A stretch of 64,000 nt of DNA from Candidatus Terraquivivens tengchongensis (GCA_023261845.1 JALNJZ010000001.1:188197-252196), one strand, 5' to 3'; positions 1-10,735 are shown, counted from the stretch's first letter. Program-made: numbers and translations. Notes: generated from the letters alone by a model not told the origin.

Positions 1-1031
1 ATATTCATGGTGATATAGGCTGGGAATTTTGGTGTAAGGAGGGGAACCCGCTACCAGACAGGACGCTTAAGATCATAAAAGAGACGGATTGTGCGCTTTT
101 TGGTGCCATAACCTCTAAACCAAAGGAAGATGCTGAAAAGGAGCTCGCACCAGAGCTCCGAGGGAAAGGTTTTACTTACTATAGTCCGATAATTCGCCTA
201 AGGCAGGAGCTGGACCTTTATGCATGCGTTCGACCGTGCAAAGCCTTTTCAGGGAATCCCCTAAACTACAGAGATGGTATAGATATCGTGATATTCAGGG
301 AAAACACTGAGGGGCTTTACGCAGGTGTTGAGTTCTACCCGCTAAGTAGAAAGGTGTTCGACGCATTATGCGAGAACGTTAGGATGAAGGAGTTTGAAAA
401 GTTTGGCCTTGAAAACGTGGCGGTTTCTCTTCGGGTTATGACGAAACAGGCCTGTGAAAGGATCGTTAGGGCCGCTTTCGAGTATGCGAGAAAACACAAA
501 AGAAGGTCGGTCACGGTCGTTGATAAACCAAACGTGTTAAGGGAGACGGGTGGATTGATGCTGAGCGTTGCCAGAAAGATAGCGGCTGAGTATCCGGATA
601 TAGAATATAGGGAGGCGAACGTAGATGCAATGTGTATGTGGATGTTAAAGAACCCGCTCGAGCATGACATAATAGTAGCCGAGAATATGTTCGGCGATAT
701 ACTTTCAGATTTGGCGGCACAATTCGTTGGAGGTCTTGGATTCGCTTACAGCGGCAACATAGGTGACAATTACGCAATCTTCGAGCCAGTTCATGGTTCG
801 GCACCAAAGCACGCTGGCAAAAACAAGGCAAACCCAATAGCTGCAATAATGGCTGGTAAGATGATGGTTGAGTGGCTCGGCGAGGTTGAGGTGGCGCGGG
901 CCATAGAAGAGGCTGTAGCGGAAGTGATACTAGAAGGGAAGTTAAGGACATATGATATGGGGGGGCAGACTACTACTACAGAGATGGCTGAGGGCATAGC
1001 CTCAAAGGTCGCCAAAAAAACAAAAAGGTAA
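1..1031 (+). CDS. Isocitrate/isopropylmalate (beta-decarboxylating) dehydrogenase family protein, 5'-truncated by the window edge
   Basis: Frame is open from nt 3 (IHGDIGWEFW...LRQELDLYACVRP) into the ORF 288..1031. Motifs RENTEG, ENMFGDILSD, FEPVHGSAPK, ANPIA, TYDMGG. Substrate not assignable. Confidence 0.9.
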   Translation, partial: IHGDIGWEFWCKEGNPLPDRTLKIIKETDCALFGAITSKPKEDAEKELAPELRGKGFTYYSPIIRLRQELDLYACVRPCKAFSGNPLNYRDGIDIVIFRENTEGLYAGVEFYPLSRKVFDALCENVRMKEFEKFGLENVAVSLRVMTKQACERIVRAAFEYARKHKRRSVTVVDKPNVLRETGGLMLSVARKIAAEYPDIEYREANVDAMCMWMLKNPLEHDIIVAENMFGDILSDLAAQFVGGLGFAYSGNIGDNYAIFEPVHGSAPKHAGKNKANPIAAIMAGKMMVEWLGEVEVARAIEEAVAEVILEGKLRTYDMGGQTTTTEMAEGIASKVAKKTKR

Positions 1032-1129
1032 ATACGCATTCACATGTTTGGGTTCACGAGTTTTTAGTGTAGTACAATTGTATGGAATATCTGTCTTCTG
1101 ATCTTAATTTAAGAATTTCAGTTTAAATA

Positions 1130-4102
1130 GTGAATTGTAACATAAAAAATGCGAATAATATGTTGGCGCTATCACCTGAAAAAGTTGCTTCAGACTTGCG
1201 AAAGCGAATATCTGGTGATGTATTATCAGAAGCTTGGCAAAGAGCACTTTACGCATCAGACGCTAGTTCATATTTCATAATGCCCCTTTGTGTTGTGCTC
1301 CCAAAGTCGAAAGATGACGTTATAGAGGTCGTAAAGTATGCTTCTGAAAATGGAATACCCTTGACTGCGAGAGGCGGTGGTAGTAGCCTTCTGGGCCAAT
1401 CAGTTGGTGAGGGCATAATTATTGACTTTTCCAAATATATGAACAGGGTTCTAGAAATAAACCCTGATGAAAACTATGTGATTGTAGAGCCGGGCATCTA
1501 CAAATCTGTACTTGATAAGATCCTTGCGAAGTATGGTAAGATGTTTCCACCAGACCCCTCAAGTTCTGACTTCTGCACAATTGGTGGCATGATATCAACA
1601 AATGCTGCAGGCGCTCACACAGTAAAGTACGGCACCACAATTGATTATATAATATCCCTTGAGGTTGTTTTGAGCTCAGGTGAGGTAATAAGATGTAGAA
1701 GACTTAAAACAGATTCTGAAGAATGGAAAAAACTCATTTCAGAAAATATGCACGAAGCTAGAATATATGAAGGTCTAAGGAAGTTATTGGAAGAACATGA
1801 TGAGTTAATACGAGAAAGGTTCCCAAAGTTGAGCAAGAATTCATCCGGTTACAGACTTGACAAAGTATTCAACGATGGCTTCATAGATTTAGGGAAACTC
1901 TTTGCTGCCTCTGAAGGTACGCTTGGTATAATAGTTTCCGCTAAACTGAGAATTGTTAATAAGCCTAAACATACAGCGCTGGTACTCCTGAACTTTGATG
2001 ATCTTCACAAGGCTGGTGCAGCAGTCCAAGAGGTGCTTAAGCTTAAGCCTTCGGCCATCGAAATGGTGGATAGGAGCCTCATAGATTCTTCAAGAAACCT
2101 ATATCCAGAAATAAACGAATTTATACCGAAAAACACAACGGCGTCATTATACATTGAATTTGAGGGTGACGATTTAGGAGAGATTGAAAAGAGCATATCC
2201 GAACTAGAGGAGTTTCTTAAGAATAAAAACTTAGTGGTCAGTAGTTTTAGAGCATTTGACCTGGCCGGTATGAAGAAGCTTTGGTCTGTAAGGAAGAAGA
2301 GTCTTGGTTTCGCTTACAAATTCAAGCAAGACGGGAAGAGTGCAAACTTTACGTTCATAGAAGACTTAGTAGTTCCGCCGGATAGATTGGCAGAACTTGT
2401 GGACTCCGTCAGTAAAATATTGAAGAAGCATAACCTTAACTTCCTTATATCAGGTCACGCAGGGGATGGGAACGTTCACTTAAGACCTCTATTGAACCTT
2501 AACGATAAGAAGGACTTTGACCTTATACCGATTGTTGCGTCTGAGGTGTTTGAACTTACAAAGAGCCTTGGCGGAAGCATAAGCGGTGAGCACGGTGACG
2601 GAATGATTAGGGCGAAATACTTAAGGCTCCAGTATGGCGAAGAGCTTCTGAAAGTATTTTTGGACATAAAGCGCCTCTTAGACCCTGCTAATATAATGAA
2701 TCCTGGGAAGAAGCTTGGCTTAAATGATATAAAACTTGAGGGGTTAAGGACAAGACCAGACATACGTTTGAGGGAGTTTAAGACACAATTGCTTTGGGAC
2801 GGAAAGACAAGTAGTATCAGGAAGTTACTAAGCGGCTACGACAAAAAACCTTCCTTAGTAGAGGAGGTGGAGTTATGTGTAGGATGCGGTTTATGCAAAG
2901 GTGGCGCACTTGTTGGTACAAGCCGTATGTGTCCCATCTTTGCAGCACTAGGCGATGAGGTTGATAGTTGTAGAGGTAGGATAAACTTGTTGAGGTGGCT
3001 TCTTAGAACCGAGAACTCGCCTGAGAAGTTTATTTCTTCAGAGGTATATAAAGAGGTTGTCTACGAGCATTGCATACAATGTCGGATGTGTCTCCTTGAA
3101 TGTACCGCCAACGTTGATGTAGGTAAGATTATGGCTGAGATGCGGGCATGGTATTCAAGCGTCAAGGGTATACCTAAGGGGTACAGGTATTTTATAGAAA
3201 TAGATAAATACGCAAGGATTGGCTCAATGTTCGCTCCTATCTCAAATTGGATGATGAAGAGCAAATTCTTTAGGATTTTAGCGGAATACTTCATTGGGCT
3301 GGATAGAAACAGAAATCTCCCACCGTTTCATAGAAAAACTTTCAAGAAAATGTTTGAAGAGTACAGCAAGACGCATAATACAAATGGCAATAAACGCGTC
3401 GTTTTCTTCTATGATACATACATCAACTATAATGATCCGGAACTTGGAATCGCTATAGTTAAAATCCTTGAACTTAACGGTTTTCAGGTAATCGCACCCC
3501 CGCAACTTTCCAGCGGTCTACCAGCAATTAACGAAGGCGCTCCCTCTATAGGCAGGAAAATTGCTGAATTTAACGTTATGAATCTTGCACCGTATGCTAG
3601 AAACGGCATTCCGATAGTATGTTTCTCACCCGCGGCAAGTCTTGCATTAAAGCATGAATATCTTGACCTACTTGATACAGACGATGCCCACGTAGTTTCA
3701 GAGAACACATATGATATTCATGAATTCTTGTATAAACTTTATGAGGACGGTATGCTTAACAGAAACTTTCGTAGAGTACAAGAAGATGCTCATGTTCACC
3801 TTCATTGTCATACGCTCGTCCAGTGTATAAAGGACAAGGTTCTGGGAGTATTAGAACTCGTACCTGGCCTATCCATCTCAGAGCTTGAAGAAGGATGCTG
3901 CGGTTCTGGGGGCGCTTTCAGCTTTGTCAAAGGAAACTTTGAGAAGTCACTTAAGATTGGCTCTAGATTGTTTGAGGCTGTTAAGCAAAGTCATAGGCCG
4001 GTATATACGACGGGTGAACTCTGCAGACTTCAGATAGAGGCAGGTTCTGGAAAGAAGATAGGCTTAACCATTGACATCCTTAGGAAAGCCTACGGTGTTT
4101 AA
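1130..4102 (+). CDS. FAD-binding and Fe-S-binding oxidoreductase (GlcD/GlpC fusion, YdiJ/D-2-hydroxyacid dehydrogenase-like)
   Basis: ARGGGSS FAD motif, GHAGDGNVH, SGEHGDG, CVGCGLC and CIQCRMCLLEC clusters, C-terminal CCG domain. ATG at 1160 is the likelier start. Confidence 0.88.
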   Translation: MNCNIKNANNMLALSPEKVASDLRKRISGDVLSEAWQRALYASDASSYFIMPLCVVLPKSKDDVIEVVKYASENGIPLTARGGGSSLLGQSVGEGIIIDFSKYMNRVLEINPDENYVIVEPGIYKSVLDKILAKYGKMFPPDPSSSDFCTIGGMISTNAAGAHTVKYGTTIDYIISLEVVLSSGEVIRCRRLKTDSEEWKKLISENMHEARIYEGLRKLLEEHDELIRERFPKLSKNSSGYRLDKVFNDGFIDLGKLFAASEGTLGIIVSAKLRIVNKPKHTALVLLNFDDLHKAGAAVQEVLKLKPSAIEMVDRSLIDSSRNLYPEINEFIPKNTTASLYIEFEGDDLGEIEKSISELEEFLKNKNLVVSSFRAFDLAGMKKLWSVRKKSLGFAYKFKQDGKSANFTFIEDLVVPPDRLAELVDSVSKILKKHNLNFLISGHAGDGNVHLRPLLNLNDKKDFDLIPIVASEVFELTKSLGGSISGEHGDGMIRAKYLRLQYGEELLKVFLDIKRLLDPANIMNPGKKLGLNDIKLEGLRTRPDIRLREFKTQLLWDGKTSSIRKLLSGYDKKPSLVEEVELCVGCGLCKGGALVGTSRMCPIFAALGDEVDSCRGRINLLRWLLRTENSPEKFISSEVYKEVVYEHCIQCRMCLLECTANVDVGKIMAEMRAWYSSVKGIPKGYRYFIEIDKYARIGSMFAPISNWMMKSKFFRILAEYFIGLDRNRNLPPFHRKTFKKMFEEYSKTHNTNGNKRVVFFYDTYINYNDPELGIAIVKILELNGFQVIAPPQLSSGLPAINEGAPSIGRKIAEFNVMNLAPYARNGIPIVCFSPAASLALKHEYLDLLDTDDAHVVSENTYDIHEFLYKLYEDGMLNRNFRRVQEDAHVHLHCHTLVQCIKDKVLGVLELVPGLSISELEEGCCGSGGAFSFVKGNFEKSLKIGSRLFEAVKQSHRPVYTTGELCRLQIEAGSGKKIGLTIDILRKAYGV

Positions 4103-4222
4103 TAACGACTTTTCAGACTTTATCAAAGAGATTAAACGCTTTACTGTCGCAGAAATTGTAGATATGTCAAAATGATCACTCATAAGCTATATAAGTAAGA
4201 GGTGCCCTTTAAGAATTAGGTC

Positions 4223-5299
4223 ATGGCTATTAAGGCTACAGGAAAAGAGGCTCAACTGTTTGAGAAGTTACCTTCTGGCAGAATAAAGTGTAAAGCCTGT
4301 GCGAGGTATTGTCAAATAGGTGAAGGGAAGATAGGGTTCTGTGGTATAAGGGGCGTAGTTGACGGGAAGTTATACCTTTTTGTTTATGGGAGAATAATTA
4401 CTGCACACGTTGATCCGATAGAGAAGAAGCCAGTTATGCATTTCATGCCCGGAAGCAGAGTCTTCTCGATAGCCACTACCGGCTGTTCTTGGATGTGTGC
4501 CTACTGCCAAAACTTTGACATAAGCCAAAGGCGTAAGGTAGAGGGCACCGAAGTGACGCCTGAGAAGGTCGTGGAGTTAGCTCTTAAGTACAAGAGCCAT
4601 GGCATAGCGTATACGTACAATGAACCAATAATATTCATTGAATTTGCACATGATATCGGTGTACTGGCAAGAGAACGTGGTCTTTTTAACGTCTTCGTGT
4701 CAAACGGCTATGGTACACCTGAAAGTGTTGCTATGATGCAAGATTTCCTCGACTGCATAACCGTAGATTTCAAAGGAAACGGTGAGAGAGATTTTCTTAG
4801 ACGATACGTTGGGATACCTGAGCCGGATCCGATTTTTCAAACATTGTTAGAAATCAAAAGAAAGACTAAGACACATATAGAGATAACTGATTTGATCGTA
4901 CCTGAAGTGGGTGAAGATCTCAATGCTGCAAGAAAGCTTTGTAAATGGATATATGAGAACCTAGGACCTGATACGCCCATACACTTCCTTCGCTTCCACC
5001 CGGATTACAAGCTGATGCACTTACCTTGGACATCGATCGAGACGCTTGAAAAGCACTGCCAGATTGCAAAAGAGGAGGGGTTGAGGTACGTCTACATCGG
5101 AAACGTTCCTGGACATCCGCTTGAGCACACTTACTGTCCTGAATGTGGGAGCATAGTTGTTGAGAGGTACGGATTTGATATAGTGAGTTGGAACATGGAT
5201 GAGAAGAACAGATGTCTGAACTGCGGCTATACCATAGCGATCGTTGGAAATCTGAATCCTGCATCAAAAGAAAAACGCTTTGTTCCAGTATTCTGGTAG
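4223..5299 (+). CDS. amrS: AmmeMemoRadiSam system radical SAM enzyme (PFL-activase-like)
   Basis: N-terminal CKACARYC...[21 protein letters not shown] radical SAM triad, YTYNEP, RFHP, YIGNVPG, C-terminal CPEC/CLNC. Confidence 0.88.
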   Translation: MAIKATGKEAQLFEKLPSGRIKCKACARYCQIGEGKIGFCGIRGVVDGKLYLFVYGRIITAHVDPIEKKPVMHFMPGSRVFSIATTGCSWMCAYCQNFDISQRRKVEGTEVTPEKVVELALKYKSHGIAYTYNEPIIFIEFAHDIGVLARERGLFNVFVSNGYGTPESVAMMQDFLDCITVDFKGNGERDFLRRYVGIPEPDPIFQTLLEIKRKTKTHIEITDLIVPEVGEDLNAARKLCKWIYENLGPDTPIHFLRFHPDYKLMHLPWTSIETLEKHCQIAKEEGLRYVYIGNVPGHPLEHTYCPECGSIVVERYGFDIVSWNMDEKNRCLNCGYTIAIVGNLNPASKEKRFVPVFW

Positions 5300-5301
5300 A
5301 A

Positions 5302-6729
5302 TTAAACTAGATATTTGGCATCTACGAGGCCTACTTTAGCCGTGAATAGTGACCATCCCATTAGTATTATGGAAATGCCGAACAGCAGAGCAGCGTCATA
5401 ATAATTCTCCGATAAATGACTCATTATACCAAATCCACCCAACACAAGGGCGAAGACTAGCAGAAGGCACGCTATCCACCAAACATTTTTTAATATAACT
5501 CTTACTGCATATGATGGGTTGTTGCCTAACTGTTGTTTTTGTATTTTCTTTGGTGGAATGGGCTTTGATGTAAGCCTAACTCCAACGTAACCCAGAACGA
5601 GTGCGACCGCTATGGTGAGAAGCAAAGCATTGAGTAAAGGAATCTGCTCACCCGGTGTAAGCTGACCGTATAAGAAAAGTACAATATACTCGCCCACGAA
5701 TATCAGACCATACGTTGTCGCTATCCTCCTATTCATCGGATGCCTAGAGTAGAGTGGATCAACCCAAGGCATAATGACGAGTATTAATAACCCTATGCTA
5801 GGTATGACAAGGCCCGCCAACACAGGGTCTATTCCTGTCTTTATCAAGGCATACATGGCCATTAAGTACCATTCGGGCTGTCCGACCGGAAGTTCCTCAC
5901 CAAAGACAAACTTGAAACCGAGTTCTGGTGGAAACACCGCTGAGAAAGTCATTAATGTTCCTATAGTCACCACAGCGGCCGCTAATTCCGTGAGTAGAAA
6001 GTTAGGGTAGAAAGGTATCACAGGCTCTGGCTCGCTACCGTCATATGGTGGCGAGATGTGATGGGCATGTATCATATAAAAGTGGAGCAAAAGGGCTATA
6101 GCGAGAAGACCTGCTACCCCTATGTGGAGAGCAAGAAATCGAGGAATTACTTCATCGAATGAACCTGAACCGAATATGAGAGAGTATAGCCAATTTCCGC
6201 CAGGTAGCTGGAGTACAAGGAACTGACCTATTCTAATAGCCTCCACGGATATATGGTCCATGCGGAGTGAATAACCAAGGAACGCTGAGGCTATCGAGAG
6301 TAAACCAGCCACTATCCCAATGACATAAGTAAGCTCCCTCGGTTTTGCATAAGCACCAGTAAAGTAAACCCTGAGGAAGTGCAGCATAGATAGTAATATC
6401 ATGAGTGTTGCAGCATAACTATGAATTCCCCTCACCACAAAACCGTAAGGAACAGACTCTGTGAAATGTCTGACACTTTCGTATGCAATGTTCTCCTCAC
6501 CGAAGGCTGGAACATAGAACATCAGCTGGATTATTCCCGTAAATGCTAGCAGGAAGAACATAAGTGATGCAAGGCCACCAAAGCTGTACATTGGATGGAG
6601 TGCGTGCCGTGGTATGATTATTTTCGTGAACTCACTGGCACCGGTTCTTTCTATTAACCATCTGACAAACTTTTTGATGCAACTTTCCTCAGACCCAGCC
6701 CTCTGCATATATATCACCATTCTCGTCAA
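5302..6729 (-). CDS. Cytochrome b of a Rieske/cytochrome b complex (b plus subunit IV fused, extra C-terminal TM helices)
   Basis: Heme-ligating His pattern RGIH...MLH and ALH...LLH, PRE, PFYP and the Qo-site PEWY motif. Highly hydrophobic. Confidence 0.9.
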   Translation of the reverse strand: MTRMVIYMQRAGSEESCIKKFVRWLIERTGASEFTKIIIPRHALHPMYSFGGLASLMFFLLAFTGIIQLMFYVPAFGEENIAYESVRHFTESVPYGFVVRGIHSYAATLMILLSMLHFLRVYFTGAYAKPRELTYVIGIVAGLLSIASAFLGYSLRMDHISVEAIRIGQFLVLQLPGGNWLYSLIFGSGSFDEVIPRFLALHIGVAGLLAIALLLHFYMIHAHHISPPYDGSEPEPVIPFYPNFLLTELAAAVVTIGTLMTFSAVFPPELGFKFVFGEELPVGQPEWYLMAMYALIKTGIDPVLAGLVIPSIGLLILVIMPWVDPLYSRHPMNRRIATTYGLIFVGEYIVLFLYGQLTPGEQIPLLNALLLTIAVALVLGYVGVRLTSKPIPPKKIQKQQLGNNPSYAVRVILKNVWWIACLLLVFALVLGGFGIMSHLSENYYDAALLFGISIILMGWSLFTAKVGLVDAKYLV

Positions 6730-7360
6730 TGCGTAATTTTACTTCAGGTAGAGGTTTTTTTGGAGGTCCACTTATGGCTTTTCCGTTTGTAGGGTCGAAA
6801 TATCCCGCATGGCATGGACAGAATAGCGCATCTTCTTCGCTTTTGTAACTGACTATACAGCCAAGATGCGTGCACACGGCGCTGTATGCCACAAATTCCT
6901 TGCCTACTAACGCAGCCTTATCCTCAGGAAGGTGTATTAGGACTGCTGGATGCTGGCCTGGTGAGCCGTCCGGATTTCGTCGTAACACAAAATAAATCTG
7001 AGAATCTGGAGGTATCTCTGTAATGTTTGCAATCTTGGGTGGAGTTTCTTGACCTGAGGAAATCTCGCCAGTAACTATTGTGCCCTTCCTGAGAAGTTCA
7101 AGCAACGGTAGTAAAAGTTGAACTACGATACCAGCCAAGGTTAGCGCAAAAATCTTGACTAAGAAATTTCTCCTATTATTTACACGTTCGTTGTTATCAG
7201 GATTATTATGTTTCGGTTTTAAGGACTTGATGTAAAAATAGTAGATTATCGTACTGATACCAACAACAAGTACCAGAAATAACAAAATGCCTAAACTCTT
7301 TAAATTCGTTAAAGAGAGTGCGGCAAGTAAATTTGTTAAGAGGTACCTTATGATGTTCAC
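6689..7360 (-). CDS. Rieske 2Fe-2S protein
   Basis: CTHLGC and CPCHAG boxes, GPP motif, Tat-like NRRNFL preceded by an additional N-terminal TM segment. Confidence 0.92.
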   Translation of the reverse strand: MNIIRYLLTNLLAALSLTNLKSLGILLFLVLVVGISTIIYYFYIKSLKPKHNNPDNNERVNNRRNFLVKIFALTLAGIVVQLLLPLLELLRKGTIVTGEISSGQETPPKIANITEIPPDSQIYFVLRRNPDGSPGQHPAVLIHLPEDKAALVGKEFVAYSAVCTHLGCIVSYKSEEDALFCPCHAGYFDPTNGKAISGPPKKPLPEVKLRIDENGDIYAEGWV

Positions 7361-7381
7361 GTGCCTACTTTTTTATTAAGT

Positions 7382-7397
7382 AAAACATAAATGTTTT
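7382..7397. promoter_or_regulatory. Inverted repeat in the divergent Rieske/sdhA promoter gap, possible operator
   Basis: AAAACAT-AA-ATGTTTT perfect 7-bp inverted repeat. The context is AT-rich, so a chance match is possible. Confidence 0.3.
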
Positions 7398-7420
7398 TTT
7401 AAAAAACGCTATAATAAAAA

Positions 7421-9181
7421 ATGTTAAATCAGGGTGGTCTATATCTTCAAAGATGTAGGGCGACTATCATGCTCGATAAGCTGGAGGCCGACGTTCTGAT
7501 TATAGGTTCTGGTCTCGCCGGCCTTAGAGCTGCTATAGAAGCTGCGAGTACCGATAATGATATCCAGGTGGCCGTGCTTACAAAGGTCCATGCAATGCGC
7601 TCGCACTCCGTAGCATATGCTGGCGGCACGGCCGCGGTCCTATATCCCGAAGAGGGGGATAGCTTTGATCTACATGCATTTGACACGGTAAAAGGTTCCG
7701 ATTACCTCGGAGACCAAGATGCGATTGAGTTAATGGTAAGAATCGCACCGCAGGAGATACTCAGGCTTGAACATTGGGGGATGCCTTGGAGCAGAAGGCT
7801 TGATGGTAGAATCGCTCAGAGACCCTTCGGAGGGCATAGCTTCGATAGAGCATGTTTCGCTGCAGATAAAACAGGCCTTTATGCCATGCAGACCTTGTAC
7901 AATACAACGCATAAGTACGATAATATAGAGATATTCCATGAATGGTATGTTACATCTTTACTAGTAGAAGATGGAGAGTTCAAAGGTGTGACGGCCATAG
8001 ATATGAAGAACGGCGAACTGCATGCCTTTAAAGCTAAGGCTGGGATAATCGCGACAGGCGGTGCTGGCAGACTTTACTCCTTCACAACATATGGACATTC
8101 AGCGACTGCTGATGGTCTAGCTATGGCGTACAGAGTTGGGATCCCACTGAAAGACATGGAATTCATTCAGTTCCATCCGACTGGCCTTGTTCCACAAGGC
8201 ATACTAATATCTGAGGCGGCGAGGGGCGAGGGGGGATATCTTAGAAACAACAAAGGCGAAAGGTTCATGAAGAATTACGCGCCTCAGAAGATGGAGCTAG
8301 CACCAAGAGACATAGTGTCTAGGGCCATGATGAAGGAGATATTAGAAGGCAGAGGTTTTCCAGGCCCAAACGGTTTAGACTATGTCTACCTCGATCTTAC
8401 ACACCTTGGTGAAGAAGTGATAGATGAGAAACTTACTGAGATAAAGATGATGGCCATTAAGTTTGGTGGCCTAGACCCTATTAAAGAACCGATACCTGTT
8501 AGACCCGTAGCCCATTACACGATGGGGGGTATTCATACGGACACGTATGGTAGGACGCCAATTCGAGGACTGTTCGCGGCTGGCGAAGCAGCATGTGTCA
8601 GCGTACATGGTGCGAACAGGCTCGGATGCAACTCTACAATGGAATGTCTTGTGTATGGGTATCTGACTGGTAGACAAGCGGCTGAATACGTGAAAGAGAA
8701 AGGTGAAAGTAATCCATCACTGGAACTCATACTGGCGGAAGAGAAGAGGATATTCGATGGTATACTGAGAGGCGGTAGTGGCGAAGATCCATATATGATC
8801 AAGAGAGAGTTGCAAAACACTATGTCAAAGCACGCCTACGTCTTTAGAGATGGCGAAGGGCTGAGCGAGGCGTTGAAAAAAGTCAGAGAACTCAAACAAA
8901 GGTTCGGTACAGGACATGTAGTAGATAAAAGCCGCAGGTTCAATCAGAACCTGATAAATGTCCTTGAGGTCGATATGATGCTTGAAGTTGCGGAAGTCGT
9001 GCTCGTATCAGCCATAGCTAGGACCGAAAGTAGGGGAGCGCATTATAGGCTTGACTATCCGAGAAGAGATGATGTGAATTGGCTTAAGCATACGTTAGCA
9101 TATAGGACTGTAGACGGGCCTAAGCTTGATTACATACCAGTCAGGATTACGAAGTGGCCTCCAGCAGAGAGGAAGTATTAA
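7421..9181 (+). CDS. sdhA: Succinate dehydrogenase/fumarate reductase flavoprotein subunit
   Basis: GSGLAG, RSHS covalent-FAD His, QFHPT, EAARGEGG, APRD, HYTMGG, GANRLG, RTESRGAH. ATG at 7469 is the likelier start. Confidence 0.95.
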   Translation: MLNQGGLYLQRCRATIMLDKLEADVLIIGSGLAGLRAAIEAASTDNDIQVAVLTKVHAMRSHSVAYAGGTAAVLYPEEGDSFDLHAFDTVKGSDYLGDQDAIELMVRIAPQEILRLEHWGMPWSRRLDGRIAQRPFGGHSFDRACFAADKTGLYAMQTLYNTTHKYDNIEIFHEWYVTSLLVEDGEFKGVTAIDMKNGELHAFKAKAGIIATGGAGRLYSFTTYGHSATADGLAMAYRVGIPLKDMEFIQFHPTGLVPQGILISEAARGEGGYLRNNKGERFMKNYAPQKMELAPRDIVSRAMMKEILEGRGFPGPNGLDYVYLDLTHLGEEVIDEKLTEIKMMAIKFGGLDPIKEPIPVRPVAHYTMGGIHTDTYGRTPIRGLFAAGEAACVSVHGANRLGCNSTMECLVYGYLTGRQAAEYVKEKGESNPSLELILAEEKRIFDGILRGGSGEDPYMIKRELQNTMSKHAYVFRDGEGLSEALKKVRELKQRFGTGHVVDKSRRFNQNLINVLEVDMMLEVAEVVLVSAIARTESRGAHYRLDYPRRDDVNWLKHTLAYRTVDGPKLDYIPVRITKWPPAERKY

Positions 9182-9195
9182 GGAGGTGAAGATGT

Positions 9196-9588
9196 ATGGC
9201 AATTTATGAAGAGAATAGAGAGGGCGTGAGCGGATGGTTCAGGATAACGCGCTACTCTGTTGAAAGGGCTCTCTACGTCATACAAAGGTTGAGTGGGATA
9301 GGTATCGTGATTTTTGCGTTCATTCATCTGTTGTATACGAGTTGGCATCCTGGTGGGTGGGGAGACGTTATTCTAGGAGTTCTCGTGACGTACCATACGC
9401 TAAACGGACTCAGGCTCGTGCTGACTGAACATGGCTTCTTGATAGGAAAACCGACTAGGGCCGTATATCCGTACCGAAAAGGCACACTCTATGGTTCGCA
9501 AAGGTACCTCACGATGGCGATCCTTGCCCTATTCGTGATATTCGTCCTTATATGGTCTTATGTAGCTTTAGTGATACCGGCGGGGTGA
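9196..9588 (+). CDS. sdhC: Succinate dehydrogenase cytochrome b membrane anchor subunit C
   Basis: QRLSG, FIH, YHTLNGLR motifs and three hydrophobic segments. GGAGGTGA ribosome-binding site upstream. Lies within the sdh operon. Confidence 0.8.
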   Translation: MAIYEENREGVSGWFRITRYSVERALYVIQRLSGIGIVIFAFIHLLYTSWHPGGWGDVILGVLVTYHTLNGLRLVLTEHGFLIGKPTRAVYPYRKGTLYGSQRYLTMAILALFVIFVLIWSYVALVIPAG

Positions 9589-9592
9589 TCAG

Positions 9593-9913
9593 TTGAAGGA
9601 GTCCAAAAGAATGTTCATACATTATATCTCCGGTCTCATAATACTAATAACGGGATTCATTCATCTAATAGCGAATAACCTTCCAAGTATTGGCACAATT
9701 GTACATGAAAGCATCTTTTATCCTGTGAACCTTATCATCCTATTGTCAGCACTTTTGTACCACATGTTAAACGGTGTCAGGGTCATACTCATAGAAGTAA
9801 TACCTGGCAAATGTGCTGCAAAGGCCATAACGTGGATAATGTTCTTGGTGGGCATAGCCCTATATATTTATGGTCTTCAAGTTTTCCTGAACTTATTCTG
9901 GCCAGTGGAGTGA
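9593..9913 (+). CDS. sdhD: Succinate dehydrogenase membrane anchor subunit D
   Basis: HYISG, FIH, YHMLNGVR motifs and three TM helices. Lies within the sdh operon. Confidence 0.78.
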   Translation: MKESKRMFIHYISGLIILITGFIHLIANNLPSIGTIVHESIFYPVNLIILLSALLYHMLNGVRVILIEVIPGKCAAKAITWIMFLVGIALYIYGLQVFLNLFWPVE

Positions 9914-9919
9914 GTGTAA

Positions 9920-10735
9920 ATGTCAACTGATAAAGAAATTGAAGTAAAGTTCAGAATTTTCAGGTTCAATCCCAAGACGGACTTTGCACCAAGATGGCAA
10001 GAATATAATGTAAAAGTGGATAAGAGTACGACGGTTCTTGATGCTTTGCTTAAGATAAAGGAAGAACAGGATCCAACTCTGACCATTAGATATTCTTGTA
10101 GGCAAGCTGTCTGCGGTTCATGTGGCATGATGATTAACGACAAACAAATGCTTGCTTGTTTCACGAGAGTCCTTGAGCTTAATAGTAACATTATAAAAGT
10201 TGCACCACTCAAGAACTACCGTATTGTCAAGGATCTTGTAACAGACTTTAGTGAACTTTTCCAAAAAGAAAGACAAGTGAAGCCCTATATAATCAGGCAT
10301 GATTTCGAGGAGCTTTTGAACCCGACCGGTACATACAAGCAGACAGAGGAGGAGCTTTTAGGATATATTCAGTTTGCCGACTGTATAGAGTGCGGAATGT
10401 GTAACTCTGCGTGTCCGGTCTCTGCAACAGACCCACTTTATCTTGGGCCAATGATTTTAAATAGGGCATACCGGTTTATCTCCGACCCTAGGGATCTCGG
10501 TTTTGAACAAAGGATCGAGGCCATAGATTCTGAGCACGGTTGTTGGAGGTGTCATTTCGCAGCTTCTTGCAGCACCGTGTGTCCTAAGGGCGTTGACCCT
10601 GCTAAGGCAATACAGCTTCTTAGAAGGCAGTTAGTTAAGAAGGCGGTGTTAGGTATTTCTAGTCCAAAGAAAGTGGAGTTAATACCTATGGCGCATGTAA
10701 AAGGCAAGCTCGAGCTTCCAAAGGGCTGGCAGTAG
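9920..10735 (+). CDS. sdhB: Succinate dehydrogenase iron-sulfur subunit
   Basis: SCRQAVCGSC...LAC (2Fe-2S), CIECGMCNSACP, CHFAASCSTVCP. Confidence 0.95.
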   Translation: MSTDKEIEVKFRIFRFNPKTDFAPRWQEYNVKVDKSTTVLDALLKIKEEQDPTLTIRYSCRQAVCGSCGMMINDKQMLACFTRVLELNSNIIKVAPLKNYRIVKDLVTDFSELFQKERQVKPYIIRHDFEELLNPTGTYKQTEEELLGYIQFADCIECGMCNSACPVSATDPLYLGPMILNRAYRFISDPRDLGFEQRIEAIDSEHGCWRCHFAASCSTVCPKGVDPAKAIQLLRRQLVKKAVLGISSPKKVELIPMAHVKGKLELPKGWQ

